A DNA stretch of 64,000 bases, from NCBI GenBank assembly GCA_039800345.1, contig JBDLQX010000073.1, forward strand, positions 3,697 through 67,696, read 5' to 3'. The notes below the pieces were generated by a model. That model did no database searches. It worked only from the letters and a program-made list of their open reading frames with translations, and was not told the DNA's origin. Of this stretch, positions 27,581 through 35,953 are shown one piece after another (within the stretch, counting starts at the first letter, position 1; every line of letters starts with the position of its first letter). The position numbers and the translations under genes are program-made. Source of the stretch: Pseudomonadota bacterium (GTDB lineage: Bacteria > Pseudomonadota > Gammaproteobacteria > Burkholderiales > Burkholderiaceae_A).

Positions 27581-28282
27581 ATGGCCACTGCAGCCCAACC
27601 CTATCTGTTCCCCCCCTGCCCTCAGCCTGTTTTGCCTATTCGCGGCCGGGCCGAGGTCATGCCGGTACATCGTATCTACTGTATCGGCAGAAACTATGAG
27701 GCCCATGCCGTAGAGATGGGCCATGACCCCAACAAGGAACCTCCGTTCTTCTTTCAGAAGAATGCGGACAGCCTTGTGGTGCGTGGAGATTTCCCTTACC
27801 CACCCCAGAGCCAAGATGTGCATCACGAGGTAGAGCTTGTCGTCGCCATTGGCAGGGCAGGCTCCAATATTCCGGTTGCGCAGGCGCTTGATCACGTGAT
27901 TGGCTATGCCGTAGGGCTCGACATGACCTGTCGTGACCTTCAGGCCGAGGCAAAGAAGCTGGGCCGCCCATGGGAGCCGGGCAAATCGTTTGAGCACTCG
28001 TCTCCGTGCTCAGAGCTGGTCCTCGCTGCCGATATTGGTCATCCCGCAGAAGGTGAGATTTCTCTGAAGATCAATGGCGAAACTCGGCAGGTCGGCGACC
28101 TCAATCAGCTCATCTGGAAGGTACCCGAGTTGGTGAGTGTGATGTCTCATTTCTATCACCTGCAGCCAGGCGACCTGATCTTCTCAGGTACGCCTGCAGG
28201 TATTGGCCCGGTGCATAAGGGCGACCGACTCGAGTGCTTTATTGCGTCTGTTGGATCCCTCAGCCTGAAAGTAGCAGGCTGA
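27581..28282 (+). CDS. Fumarylacetoacetate hydrolase (FAH) family protein, short fumarylpyruvate-hydrolase/YcgM-like type
   Basis: 233 aa. 'RIYCIGRNYEAHAVEMG...PPFFFQK', 'HHEVELVVAIG' and 'DLIFSGTPAGIGPV' are FAH-family motifs. Confidence 0.88.
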   Translation: MATAAQPYLFPPCPQPVLPIRGRAEVMPVHRIYCIGRNYEAHAVEMGHDPNKEPPFFFQKNADSLVVRGDFPYPPQSQDVHHEVELVVAIGRAGSNIPVAQALDHVIGYAVGLDMTCRDLQAEAKKLGRPWEPGKSFEHSSPCSELVLAADIGHPAEGEISLKINGETRQVGDLNQLIWKVPELVSVMSHFYHLQPGDLIFSGTPAGIGPVHKGDRLECFIASVGSLSLKVAG

Positions 28283-28299
28283 GGCGCCGGACGTAGGCC

Positions 28300-30018
28300 T
28301 TAGCGGGTGGTACTTCTGAGAAAACGGAAGTCACACCCGTCTTCTGCTTGCAGTACCTCCTGGCTGTGAAGCCGCCCGTAGCCGCGATCCTGAGCAACCG
28401 TCGGTAGGCGTTCGTGAAGCGCTTCTGCCTGACGCGTCTGCAGGGTTGCCTCATCGACGAGCACATTCAGCGTAGCGTTTTTTACGCTGAGTTGAACACG
28501 GTCACCGTTGCGTACCAGGCTTAGCGGCCCACCATCAGCGGCCTCGGGGCTAATGTGCAAGACGATGGTGCCGTAGGCTGTTCCACTCATGCGGCCATCA
28601 GAGATACGCACCATATCGCGTACCCCCTGTGCGGCCAGTTTTTTGGGAATGGGAATAAGGCCCGCTTCAGGCATACCGGCCCCTTTGGGTCCGATACCGC
28701 GAAGCACCAAAACATCGTCGGGGGCGACATCCAGGTTGGGGTCATCGAGTCTGCGGGCCATATCTTCGAGCCCATCGAAGACCACCGCACGACCGGTGTG
28801 TTCCAAGAGTTTCTCGCTCGCAGCCACGGGCTTAATGACAGCGCCCTTGGGCGCAAGGTTGCCAGAAAGCCAGCGCAGCCCCCCGTGGGGGTAGATGGGG
28901 TTATTGCGGTCTCGAATCACCTCGCTGGGGCTGTTGGCTGAAAATCCGGCAAGGCGCTGGGCTAGGCTGTCGCCATAAATGGTGGGAAAGTCCACCTCCA
29001 GAAGATCGGTCAACTGCGAGAGCACCCGGATGAGACCGCCCGCCTCGTGGAAGTCGGGCATATAGCCCTCACCGCCCGGCTTGAGGTCCACCAAAACAGG
29101 GATCTGGTTGGCCAGTTGGTTGAAGTCGGTTGGATCAAGCGACATGCCGACACGTCCCACCATCGCAGCAAGGTGGACGAGGGCGTTGGTTGACCCCCCA
29201 ATGGCCAGAAGTACTGCGAGCGCATTGTGCAGTTGCGGCTTGCCAAATTCGGGCATAGAGACCTCGCCTTTGGCAAGCCGAGCGGCCGCGTAGCCCGAGC
29301 GCTCCGCGATGCGAATGCGATCGGCAGAGACTGCGGGAGCGCTCGCAGCACCAGGCACTGTCAGACCCATCGCCTCGACGATACAGGCCATGGTGCTCGC
29401 AGTACCCATGACCGAGCAGGTACCCACCGAAGGCACGAGATGATTGTTCGCGTCATCGATCTGTGCCTGGGTGAGGCGTCCTGCGCGAAAGTCGGCCCAG
29501 AGGCGTCGGCAGTCCGTGCAGGCGCCCACCCGTTCTCCTCGCCAACGGGAGGAGAGCATGGGCCCGGTAGGCAGGACCACGAAGGGCTTCCCGGCCGATA
29601 AGGCACCCATCACCTGCGCGGGAATCGTTTTGTCGCAGCCACCAATCACCACCACGGCATCCATGGGCTGCGCCTTGATCATCTCCTCTGTGTCCATCGA
29701 CATGAGGTTGCGCAGGTAGAGGCTTGTGGGCGCAGCAAATGATTCGTGCAGCGAAATCGTGGGAAAAACGATGGGCAGGGCGCCTTGCATCATCACACCG
29801 CGTTTGACGGCCTCGATGAGTTGTGGCGCATTACCGTGGCAGGGGTTGAAGTCGCTTCCCGTATCGATGATTCCAACAATCGGCTTGGAAAGGTCTTCGT
29901 CGGAGAGCCCAGCCCCTTTAATAAAGGCACGACGCAGAAAAAGGGCAAACTCCTTATCGCCATAGTTGACGGTACCAGCAGCCAAGCCCTGCGCAGGTTT
30001 GATCGGTGTTGTACTCAT
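28300..30018 (-). CDS. IlvD/Edd family dehydratase (sugar-acid dehydratase subgroup, arabonate/xylonate-dehydratase-like)
   Basis: 'NPCHGN', 'GGCDKTIP', 'GTCSVMGTASTM' and 'GGSTNALVHL' are IlvD/Edd motifs. The track start is a TTG at 30036, but GGAAGGGG lies 5 nt before the ATG at 30018, which is preferred. Confidence 0.9.
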   Translation of the reverse strand: MSTTPIKPAQGLAAGTVNYGDKEFALFLRRAFIKGAGLSDEDLSKPIVGIIDTGSDFNPCHGNAPQLIEAVKRGVMMQGALPIVFPTISLHESFAAPTSLYLRNLMSMDTEEMIKAQPMDAVVVIGGCDKTIPAQVMGALSAGKPFVVLPTGPMLSSRWRGERVGACTDCRRLWADFRAGRLTQAQIDDANNHLVPSVGTCSVMGTASTMACIVEAMGLTVPGAASAPAVSADRIRIAERSGYAAARLAKGEVSMPEFGKPQLHNALAVLLAIGGSTNALVHLAAMVGRVGMSLDPTDFNQLANQIPVLVDLKPGGEGYMPDFHEAGGLIRVLSQLTDLLEVDFPTIYGDSLAQRLAGFSANSPSEVIRDRNNPIYPHGGLRWLSGNLAPKGAVIKPVAASEKLLEHTGRAVVFDGLEDMARRLDDPNLDVAPDDVLVLRGIGPKGAGMPEAGLIPIPKKLAAQGVRDMVRISDGRMSGTAYGTIVLHISPEAADGGPLSLVRNGDRVQLSVKNATLNVLVDEATLQTRQAEALHERLPTVAQDRGYGRLHSQEVLQAEDGCDFRFLRSTTR

Positions 30019-30019
30019 A

Positions 30020-30778
30020 TCAGCCCCTTCCGACAAAAGGCATGTTGGTCGCCATGAGGGTCATGGTCAAGACATTGGCCTCAAGGGGAAGCCCCGCAAT
30101 ATAGGCGACCGCATCACCGCAGTAGCCGGCGTCGATTACCGGTTCAACCATGATCTCTCCGTTGGCCTGCGGAACCCCCGCCTTAAATCGCTCCCCAATA
30201 GCGGTGTCCGCATTACCGATATCAATCTGCGAGGCGGCGATCTTATAAGGGCGTCCATCGAGTGCGAGAGACTTTGTGAGGCCTGTAATCGCATGCTTCG
30301 TGGCCGTGTAGGCACAGGTATTGGGCCGTGGGGCGTGTGCCGAAATAGATCCGTTGTTAATGATGCGGCCGCCCTGTGGCGACTGCTTCTTCATGAGGGC
30401 AAAGGCCGCCTGGGCGCAGAGAAAGGAGCCCGTGAGATTGACATCCACCACGCTGCGCCAGTCTTCTTCGGCCAAGTCCTCTAAGGGCACCCGAGGCGCA
30501 CCCATGCCTGCATTATTAAAGAGCACATCTAAACGACCAAACCGCGCCTCGATTTGCGCGAAGAGTGCCTTGACCGCCTTCCCCTGACTCACATCGGCAG
30601 CAATCGCCAGAATGGGAGGCTGGCCCGCGATGCTGCCAGCCGCGGTTTCGGTCAGTGGATCCATCCGCCGCCCGGTGACGATGACCTGGAAGCCCGCCTT
30701 CTGAAGGGCATGGGCGCTGGCTCGGCCGATTCCGGTGCCGCCGCCTGTGACCAATGCAACTCTTAAACTCTGGGACAT
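30020..30778 (-). CDS. Short-chain dehydrogenase/reductase (SDR)
   Basis: 252 aa with '[11 protein letters not shown]', 'NNAG' and the 'YTATKHAI' catalytic Y-x3-K. Confidence 0.9.
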   Translation of the reverse strand: MSQSLRVALVTGGGTGIGRASAHALQKAGFQVIVTGRRMDPLTETAAGSIAGQPPILAIAADVSQGKAVKALFAQIEARFGRLDVLFNNAGMGAPRVPLEDLAEEDWRSVVDVNLTGSFLCAQAAFALMKKQSPQGGRIINNGSISAHAPRPNTCAYTATKHAITGLTKSLALDGRPYKIAASQIDIGNADTAIGERFKAGVPQANGEIMVEPVIDAGYCGDAVAYIAGLPLEANVLTMTLMATNMPFVGRG

Positions 30779-30937
30779 GGGAAAGGAGTCCTTTCTAACA
30801 AGGGGTAAAAAATCGAGGGCGGAAGGGTCAGACGTTCTAAAGTTTAGCGCTTATGATGACGGTCGCCTGATCAATAAGGTTTTTTGTAGTGGATCGACGG
30901 GAGGCTCTCGCCTCTGCAGACTAGACAGGAGATTCGC

Positions 30938-32011
30938 ATGGCAGAAGGTCGTCGTGTTTCATTTGAGGCATTGCAGGCATTTATTGCTCGGGCCCTTGCC
31001 ACCCAAGGATTGGCTGAGGCCGACTGTGCAACTGTGGCTCGGTTGATGGCGCAGGCCGATCTGCAGGGCTCCGATGGCCATGGCGTCATTCGACTAGGCC
31101 AATATCTCAAACGCATCCAGTCCGGCGGAATGAATATTCATCCGCAGATTCGCGTGATCCGTGAGCGAGCGGCTATGGCGCTGGTTGATGGCGACAATGC
31201 CATGGGCCATCTGGTGGTCTCAAAGGCGGTCTCGCTCGCAGCCGAAAAGGCGCGCACATCCGGGGTGGCCTGGGTTGGAACCCGTATGAGCAATCATGCG
31301 GGCCCTGCCTCTCTCTATGTACGCGCCCTAGCCGATCAGGACCTCATCGGCATCTACTATGCCGTGGGCAATGCCAACCATCTTCCGCCCTGGGGAGGCA
31401 TGGATATGCTTCTGTCCACCAATCCGATTGCGATTGCCTTTCCGCGCGGGCACGTGGAGCCTTCCGTGGTCTTGGATATGGCCACCACAGTGGCTGCCTA
31501 TGGAAAGGTGAAGGCCAAAGCCCGCAAAGGGGAAATGATGCCCGAGGGCTGGATGATCGATCGCCAGGGGCGGCCACTGCTTGACCCCCATCGGGCCGCC
31601 GAGGGCTTTCTCTTGCCGATTGGCGGTCACAAGGGCTATGGTCTGGCGCTCATGGTTGGTCTGCTCGCCGGGAGTCTCAATGGCGCCGCGATGGGCAGTG
31701 AGGTGATTGACTTCAACATGGACAGTCGATCGACGACCAACACAGGCCAGGCGGTCTGTGCGATTGACCCAGCCGCCTTTGACGATATTGACGTGCTGCG
31801 GGATCGTCTGGATAAGCTGGTGGCCGAAATCCGTCGCAGCGCGAAACTGCCAACCACAGATCGCATCTGGCTTCCCGGAGAGCAGAGCCACTATAAGCGG
31901 CTCGAGTACGCCGCCAAGGGTATTCCCTTATCTGGTGGCGTCGTGGAGGAACTGGACCGTATCGCCCAGGATCGCGGGATTCTTCCCCTACCCAGCCTCC
32001 TCGGGCAGTGA
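30938..32011 (+). CDS. Ldh2 family (malate/L-lactate/ureidoglycolate/sulfolactate-type) NAD(P)H-dependent dehydrogenase
   Basis: 357 aa. 'DLQGSDGHGVIRL', 'SNHAGPA', 'TNPIAIAFP' and 'GGHKGYGLALMV' are Ldh_2 family motifs. Confidence 0.85.
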   Translation: MAEGRRVSFEALQAFIARALATQGLAEADCATVARLMAQADLQGSDGHGVIRLGQYLKRIQSGGMNIHPQIRVIRERAAMALVDGDNAMGHLVVSKAVSLAAEKARTSGVAWVGTRMSNHAGPASLYVRALADQDLIGIYYAVGNANHLPPWGGMDMLLSTNPIAIAFPRGHVEPSVVLDMATTVAAYGKVKAKARKGEMMPEGWMIDRQGRPLLDPHRAAEGFLLPIGGHKGYGLALMVGLLAGSLNGAAMGSEVIDFNMDSRSTTNTGQAVCAIDPAAFDDIDVLRDRLDKLVAEIRRSAKLPTTDRIWLPGEQSHYKRLEYAAKGIPLSGGVVEELDRIAQDRGILPLPSLLGQ

Positions 32012-32020
32012 TACCCTTAT

Positions 32021-32040
32021 TGGTCGTTTTATTATCAAAT
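32021..32040 (+). promoter_or_regulatory. ATTATCAAATGATCAATTAA motif upstream of the VOC-Qor operon (candidate operator)
   Basis: It matches 14/15 positions of ATTATCAAAAGATCA at 38532 and shares the ATCA-N2-TGAT core with the 11665 palindrome. It lies ~95 nt upstream of the start at 32133. Confidence 0.4.
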
Positions 32041-32132
32041 GATCAATTAACGTACACAGGTAGCGTATGGGCTGCTCATCAGCCGTCGCGCTTTCTCTTT
32101 GACGACCGAATCTTTTTTAAGGGGACATCGCT

Positions 32133-32699
32133 ATGGCACTGAAATTTCTTGAGCACCTGCTTATCCTCACCCATGATCCAGATGGCACCCGCGACTGGTT
32201 CTGTAAGAATCTGGGCTTTCGTGAGGGAGATCACCCTGACTTTGGGTTCCCGGTGCACTGGCTCTATATCGGCGATCAAGACGTTATCCATATCGGTAAA
32301 GCGCGGCATTCAAACCATCAGAATACTTATCTGAAGGCGCCAACAGACAAGGAGAATGACGATTTCTCCGCGGCAGGCGCTATGGGCTCAGGGCGTATTG
32401 ATCACCTCTGTCTCAACTGTGACGACCTCGCGGGTTTTGTGAAGAAACTCACCGAGAATGGTGTGGAGTTCAACGAGCGTAAGGCACATAACTCGGGGCT
32501 CTATCAGCTTTTCATGCGCGAGCCCATCAACGGCATCAAGGTCGAACTCAATTTTGCCTGGCACGAAGCGGTTGCACTTGGCCGTGTACCAGGCTGGACC
32601 GATGACGGACAAAACGAGAAGTCAGTGGCTGAGGTCATGAAAGAATCCCAATTTACCGAGCGTTACACCAAAGACAACAACGAGAAGGTGACTGTATGA
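32133..32699 (+). CDS. Single-domain VOC family protein (paralogue of 23905..24390)
   Basis: 188 aa. 'FLEHLLILTHDP', 'IDHLCLNC' and 'GIKVELNF' parallel 'LNHYLIRAADL', 'IDHVAFIA' and 'GITIELNF' in the other VOC gene. Confidence 0.75.
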   Translation: MALKFLEHLLILTHDPDGTRDWFCKNLGFREGDHPDFGFPVHWLYIGDQDVIHIGKARHSNHQNTYLKAPTDKENDDFSAAGAMGSGRIDHLCLNCDDLAGFVKKLTENGVEFNERKAHNSGLYQLFMREPINGIKVELNFAWHEAVALGRVPGWTDDGQNEKSVAEVMKESQFTERYTKDNNEKVTV

Positions 32700-33679
32700 C
32701 CAAGACTTTAGTAGCACGTGTGCATCAGGCCGGTGAGCCTGAGGTGATAAAACTCGAGGAAGCCAGCCTGGCTGATCCCGGCCCAGGCGAGGTGACGATT
32801 CGTCACACCGCCATTGGCCTGAACTTCCAAGACATTTATATGCGCAGCGGGCTTTACCCCGGGCAGACTCCATTTGGGCTGGGCAATGAGGCAGCTGGTG
32901 TGGTGGAAAAGGTGGGGGCTGGGGTCGCAGACTTTAAAGAGGGCGATCGGGTCTGCTACGCCAGTGGGCCAGTCTTTGAGGCCTACTCCACCCGTCGCAA
33001 TTTCCCGGCTGCACGGCTTTTGCATACCCCAGCAGGCATTCAAGATGAGCAGGCCGCAGCCATTTTGTTAAAGGGCATGACGGTGGAGTACCTGATGCAT
33101 CGCTGCTTTCCGGTGAAGGCGGGTATGTCGGTGCTCTTTCATGCAGCAGCCGGCGGGGTAGGGCTCTTGGCCGGTCAATGGGGCAAAGACCTCGGTGCCC
33201 GCATGATCGGCGTCGCGGGTGGGCCAGAGAAGTGCGCGCTTGCGCTACAGAATGGCTACGAGGCCTGTCTGGATCGTAAGAAAGACGACATTGCTGCCCG
33301 TACCAAGGAGCTTACCGGGGGCAAGGGTGTCCCGGTGGTCTTCGACTCGGTGGGTAAAGACAGTTTTGATGCCTCGCTTAACAGCCTTGCACCGAGGGGC
33401 TTCTTTGTCTCGTTTGGGCAGACGACGGGCCACCCTCCTCCCGTAACAGGCGCTATGTTGCAGAAGCTCGGTTCGCTTTACTTCACCCGCCCCACCTTGG
33501 CTACCTATACCGCCGACACCCAGGAGATGCGTGAGTCTGCGGCCATGGTGTTTGACCGTCTCAAGCGAGGGGTACTTAAGCTCTCCATTAACCAGCGATA
33601 TGCCTTGTCCGATGTCGTGCGGGCGCACCGTGATTTGCAGGCAGGGGCCACCTCGGGCTCCACGATTATTACGCCGTAG
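32696..33679 (+). CDS. NADPH:quinone oxidoreductase (zeta-crystallin/Qor-type medium-chain reductase)
   Basis: 327 aa with 'GEVTIRHTAIGLNFQDIYMRSGLYP' and 'AAAGGVG'. It overlaps the upstream gene by ATGA. Confidence 0.88.
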   Translation: MTKTLVARVHQAGEPEVIKLEEASLADPGPGEVTIRHTAIGLNFQDIYMRSGLYPGQTPFGLGNEAAGVVEKVGAGVADFKEGDRVCYASGPVFEAYSTRRNFPAARLLHTPAGIQDEQAAAILLKGMTVEYLMHRCFPVKAGMSVLFHAAAGGVGLLAGQWGKDLGARMIGVAGGPEKCALALQNGYEACLDRKKDDIAARTKELTGGKGVPVVFDSVGKDSFDASLNSLAPRGFFVSFGQTTGHPPPVTGAMLQKLGSLYFTRPTLATYTADTQEMRESAAMVFDRLKRGVLKLSINQRYALSDVVRAHRDLQAGATSGSTIITP

Positions 33680-33704
33680 AGATCCGACCGGACAGGAATC
33701 GTCG

Positions 33705-33739
33705 AAAAAAGGCCTGGGTTCAACCCCAGGCCTTTTTTT
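33705..33739. terminator. Bidirectional rho-independent terminator
   Basis: A6-GGCCTGGG-TTCAAC-CCCAGGCC-T7. It sits between the convergent Qor (stop 33679) and TRAP permease (stop 33832) genes. Confidence 0.88.
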
Positions 33740-33831
33740 GTCACGTTATCGCACAGTGCGGGCCCTCTAAGACCAGGCAAAGATGCTTGGGCCCGAAAGG
33801 GGCGACCAAGCGCAACCCCGCTGCAGGCGTT

Positions 33832-35205
33832 CTACTTGTTCGTGTTGAAGACGAAGTCCGGCAGCCAGGTTGCGATCGAGGGGAAGAACCAAATCGAGAG
33901 AACCGCGATGAGCAGACAGATCCAGTAGGGAATCGAGTAACGAAAGATCTGACCGACGGTGATTTCATTCGGCGGCAACGACGCCTTCACGGTAAAGACC
34001 AAGATGCCAAAGGGCGGGGTAAGAAGCCCTGATTCGATCGCCAGAATTCCGAGCATGGCAAAGGCAATCGGATCCATGCCAGCTGCATGGGCCACCGGCG
34101 CGAATACGGGCACTGTGATGAGGATGATGGAGATTGAGTCGATTAGGCAGCCCAATACAAACCAAATGAGCACCATAATCAAAATAATGGCCCAGAGATC
34201 CAGACCCGAATTCACGAAAATTGTCTGAATCGCCCCAGTGATGCCGGTCATGGAGAGCACCCGAGAGTAGAGCTGAGCGCAGAAGAGGAGTAGTAGCAAG
34301 GGCGCAGATGTGCGGCCAACCTGAAGAACAACCTCGCCAATCTGGGCAAACTTTACCCCCCGAATGAGCGCAATGACCAATGCTGCAGCAGCCCCGACGC
34401 CCGCGCCTTCTGTGGGGGTAAAGGCGCCCATCCAGATACCGCCGAGAATGAAGGCCACCAGCCCGAGGACGAGAAGCGTACCGAAGAGGGCCTTCGTGAT
34501 TTTTTCGGGGGACTCGCCGTCGGATGCGGACGACTGCCCGCTCTGCCCTGGCCAGGACACCGTCTGGCCCGCCACCCCGACGCCAACAATCTGTGGCCGG
34601 GTGAGGGCGGTAAACAAGATATAGATGCAGAACAACAAGGCCAATAAGAGCCCTGGTCCGACACCTGCAAGAAAGAGTTGACCGACAGACTGCTCGGTGA
34701 GTACCCCCCAGACAATCATGAGTACGCTCGGGGGAATCAGCATTCCGAGGCAGGAGCTGCCCGCAATACATCCCGCAGAAAACCCCTTGTCGTAGCCGGC
34801 ACGTCGCATCTCCGGATAGGCAATGCGCGAGAAGGCGGCCGCAGCCGCGATACTCACGCCTGTGACAAAGGCAAAAAGCGCGTTGGCACCGACGGTGGCA
34901 AGCCCTAGGCGGCCTGGCAGAAAGTGCAAGCCCCGGTTGATGAGGGTGAAAATATCCCGGGCGGCACCGCTCTGCGCGAGAAATCCCCCCATGAGCAGAA
35001 AGAGCGGAATGACCGCAAACACATAGTCTCGCAGGGCCTCATAGGCGGTACTGGAAATAAACTGAAAGACCACCCCCCAGTCTCCCACCATGAGAAACGC
35101 CCCGAGCACTGCGGTGACCCCGAGTGCAACAGCAATATGCACACCCGCCAAGGTGAGCAAAAGAACGGTTCCGATGACGACGACGACCTGAAAAGTACTA
35201 AACAT
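33832..35205 (-). CDS. TRAP transporter large permease (DctM-type), second system
   Basis: 457 aa polytopic membrane protein with 'IPLFLLMG' and 'GMLIPPSVLMIVWG'. A Ser/Gly-rich loop sits in the middle. Confidence 0.9.
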   Translation of the reverse strand: MFSTFQVVVVIGTVLLLTLAGVHIAVALGVTAVLGAFLMVGDWGVVFQFISSTAYEALRDYVFAVIPLFLLMGGFLAQSGAARDIFTLINRGLHFLPGRLGLATVGANALFAFVTGVSIAAAAAFSRIAYPEMRRAGYDKGFSAGCIAGSSCLGMLIPPSVLMIVWGVLTEQSVGQLFLAGVGPGLLLALLFCIYILFTALTRPQIVGVGVAGQTVSWPGQSGQSSASDGESPEKITKALFGTLLVLGLVAFILGGIWMGAFTPTEGAGVGAAAALVIALIRGVKFAQIGEVVLQVGRTSAPLLLLLFCAQLYSRVLSMTGITGAIQTIFVNSGLDLWAIILIMVLIWFVLGCLIDSISIILITVPVFAPVAHAAGMDPIAFAMLGILAIESGLLTPPFGILVFTVKASLPPNEITVGQIFRYSIPYWICLLIAVLSIWFFPSIATWLPDFVFNTNK

Positions 35206-35305
35206 AATGCGAACCTCTATAGGGGGGAATGATTTTTGTACAACGAACCCAGGCGGCTAACCAGATGACGGCACCGGGGCGAGTAGCGACTGATGGTGGT
35301 CGCAC

Positions 35306-35830
35306 TTAGTGACTCGATGCCTGAAAGAAATCTTCCTTGTAACCGGGGTCTAAGATGGCTCGAAAGGCGTGCCACGAAAGAATGAGGTACTGGGTAATAG
35401 CCAGGGCGGCCCCAAGGACAACTATGAATCGCGCAGGCCAACTCGGGATACGGAGAGCACCCTCGCCCTCGAACTCGCCGGATACCCACGATCGCACGGC
35501 TAGGTCTATGCCGCCATAGAAAATGATGAAGAAAAACCCAACGCCAAGCAGTGAGCCGAAGAGAGCTAGCAGGGCCTTCGGACGGGTGGAGAGCCGGGTG
35601 ATAAATACATCAACGGCAATCATTCCGCCCGACCGAATGGCGTAGGCCGCCTGCAGAAAACAGATGAGCACCACCGAGGCCTCGACCATCTCTTTGGTGC
35701 CTTGAACAGGCTTTAGAAAGAGCCCGCGTCCGATGACATCTGCCACGATCAGAAAGGCGATAAGAAGCGCAAGGGATGCCCCGATCACTAGGAGAGATTT
35801 AATGAGCCAGTTGTTTGCAGAGTCGAGCAT
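35306..35830 (-). CDS. TRAP transporter small permease (DctQ-type), second system
   Basis: 174 aa with 4 hydrophobic segments, located between the dctP-type and dctM-type genes. Confidence 0.85.
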   Translation of the reverse strand: MLDSANNWLIKSLLVIGASLALLIAFLIVADVIGRGLFLKPVQGTKEMVEASVVLICFLQAAYAIRSGGMIAVDVFITRLSTRPKALLALFGSLLGVGFFFIIFYGGIDLAVRSWVSGEFEGEGALRIPSWPARFIVVLGAALAITQYLILSWHAFRAILDPGYKEDFFQASSH

Positions 35831-35888
35831 CGGGTGTTCCTAGAGAAGGGACAGAGGAGAGAGAGAACGGGGAAGACTCAAAACAAGC

Positions 35889-35923
35889 GGGCCTTCCAGC
35901 AAATATGACTTGCGAGAAGGCCC
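35889..35923 (-). terminator. Intercistronic hairpin / partial terminator just after the binding-protein gene
   Basis: GGGCCTTC-N19-GAAGGCCC is an 8-bp GC-rich stem. On the transcribed (-) strand it is followed by GCTTGTTTTG, and it begins 31 nt after the dctP-type stop. Confidence 0.5.
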
Positions 35924-35953
35924 AGGGTACGACGTTTAGCAAAAACTATGAGA

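Noticed and set aside
32133-32699. Lower G+C of the second VOC gene (about 52% by hand count versus about 59% for the adjacent Qor gene over the lines I counted) as evidence of recent horizontal acquisition.
   Set aside because: The difference is modest, is based on a few hand-counted lines, and falls within the range seen for other genes in the accessory part. It is not strong enough to stand alone.
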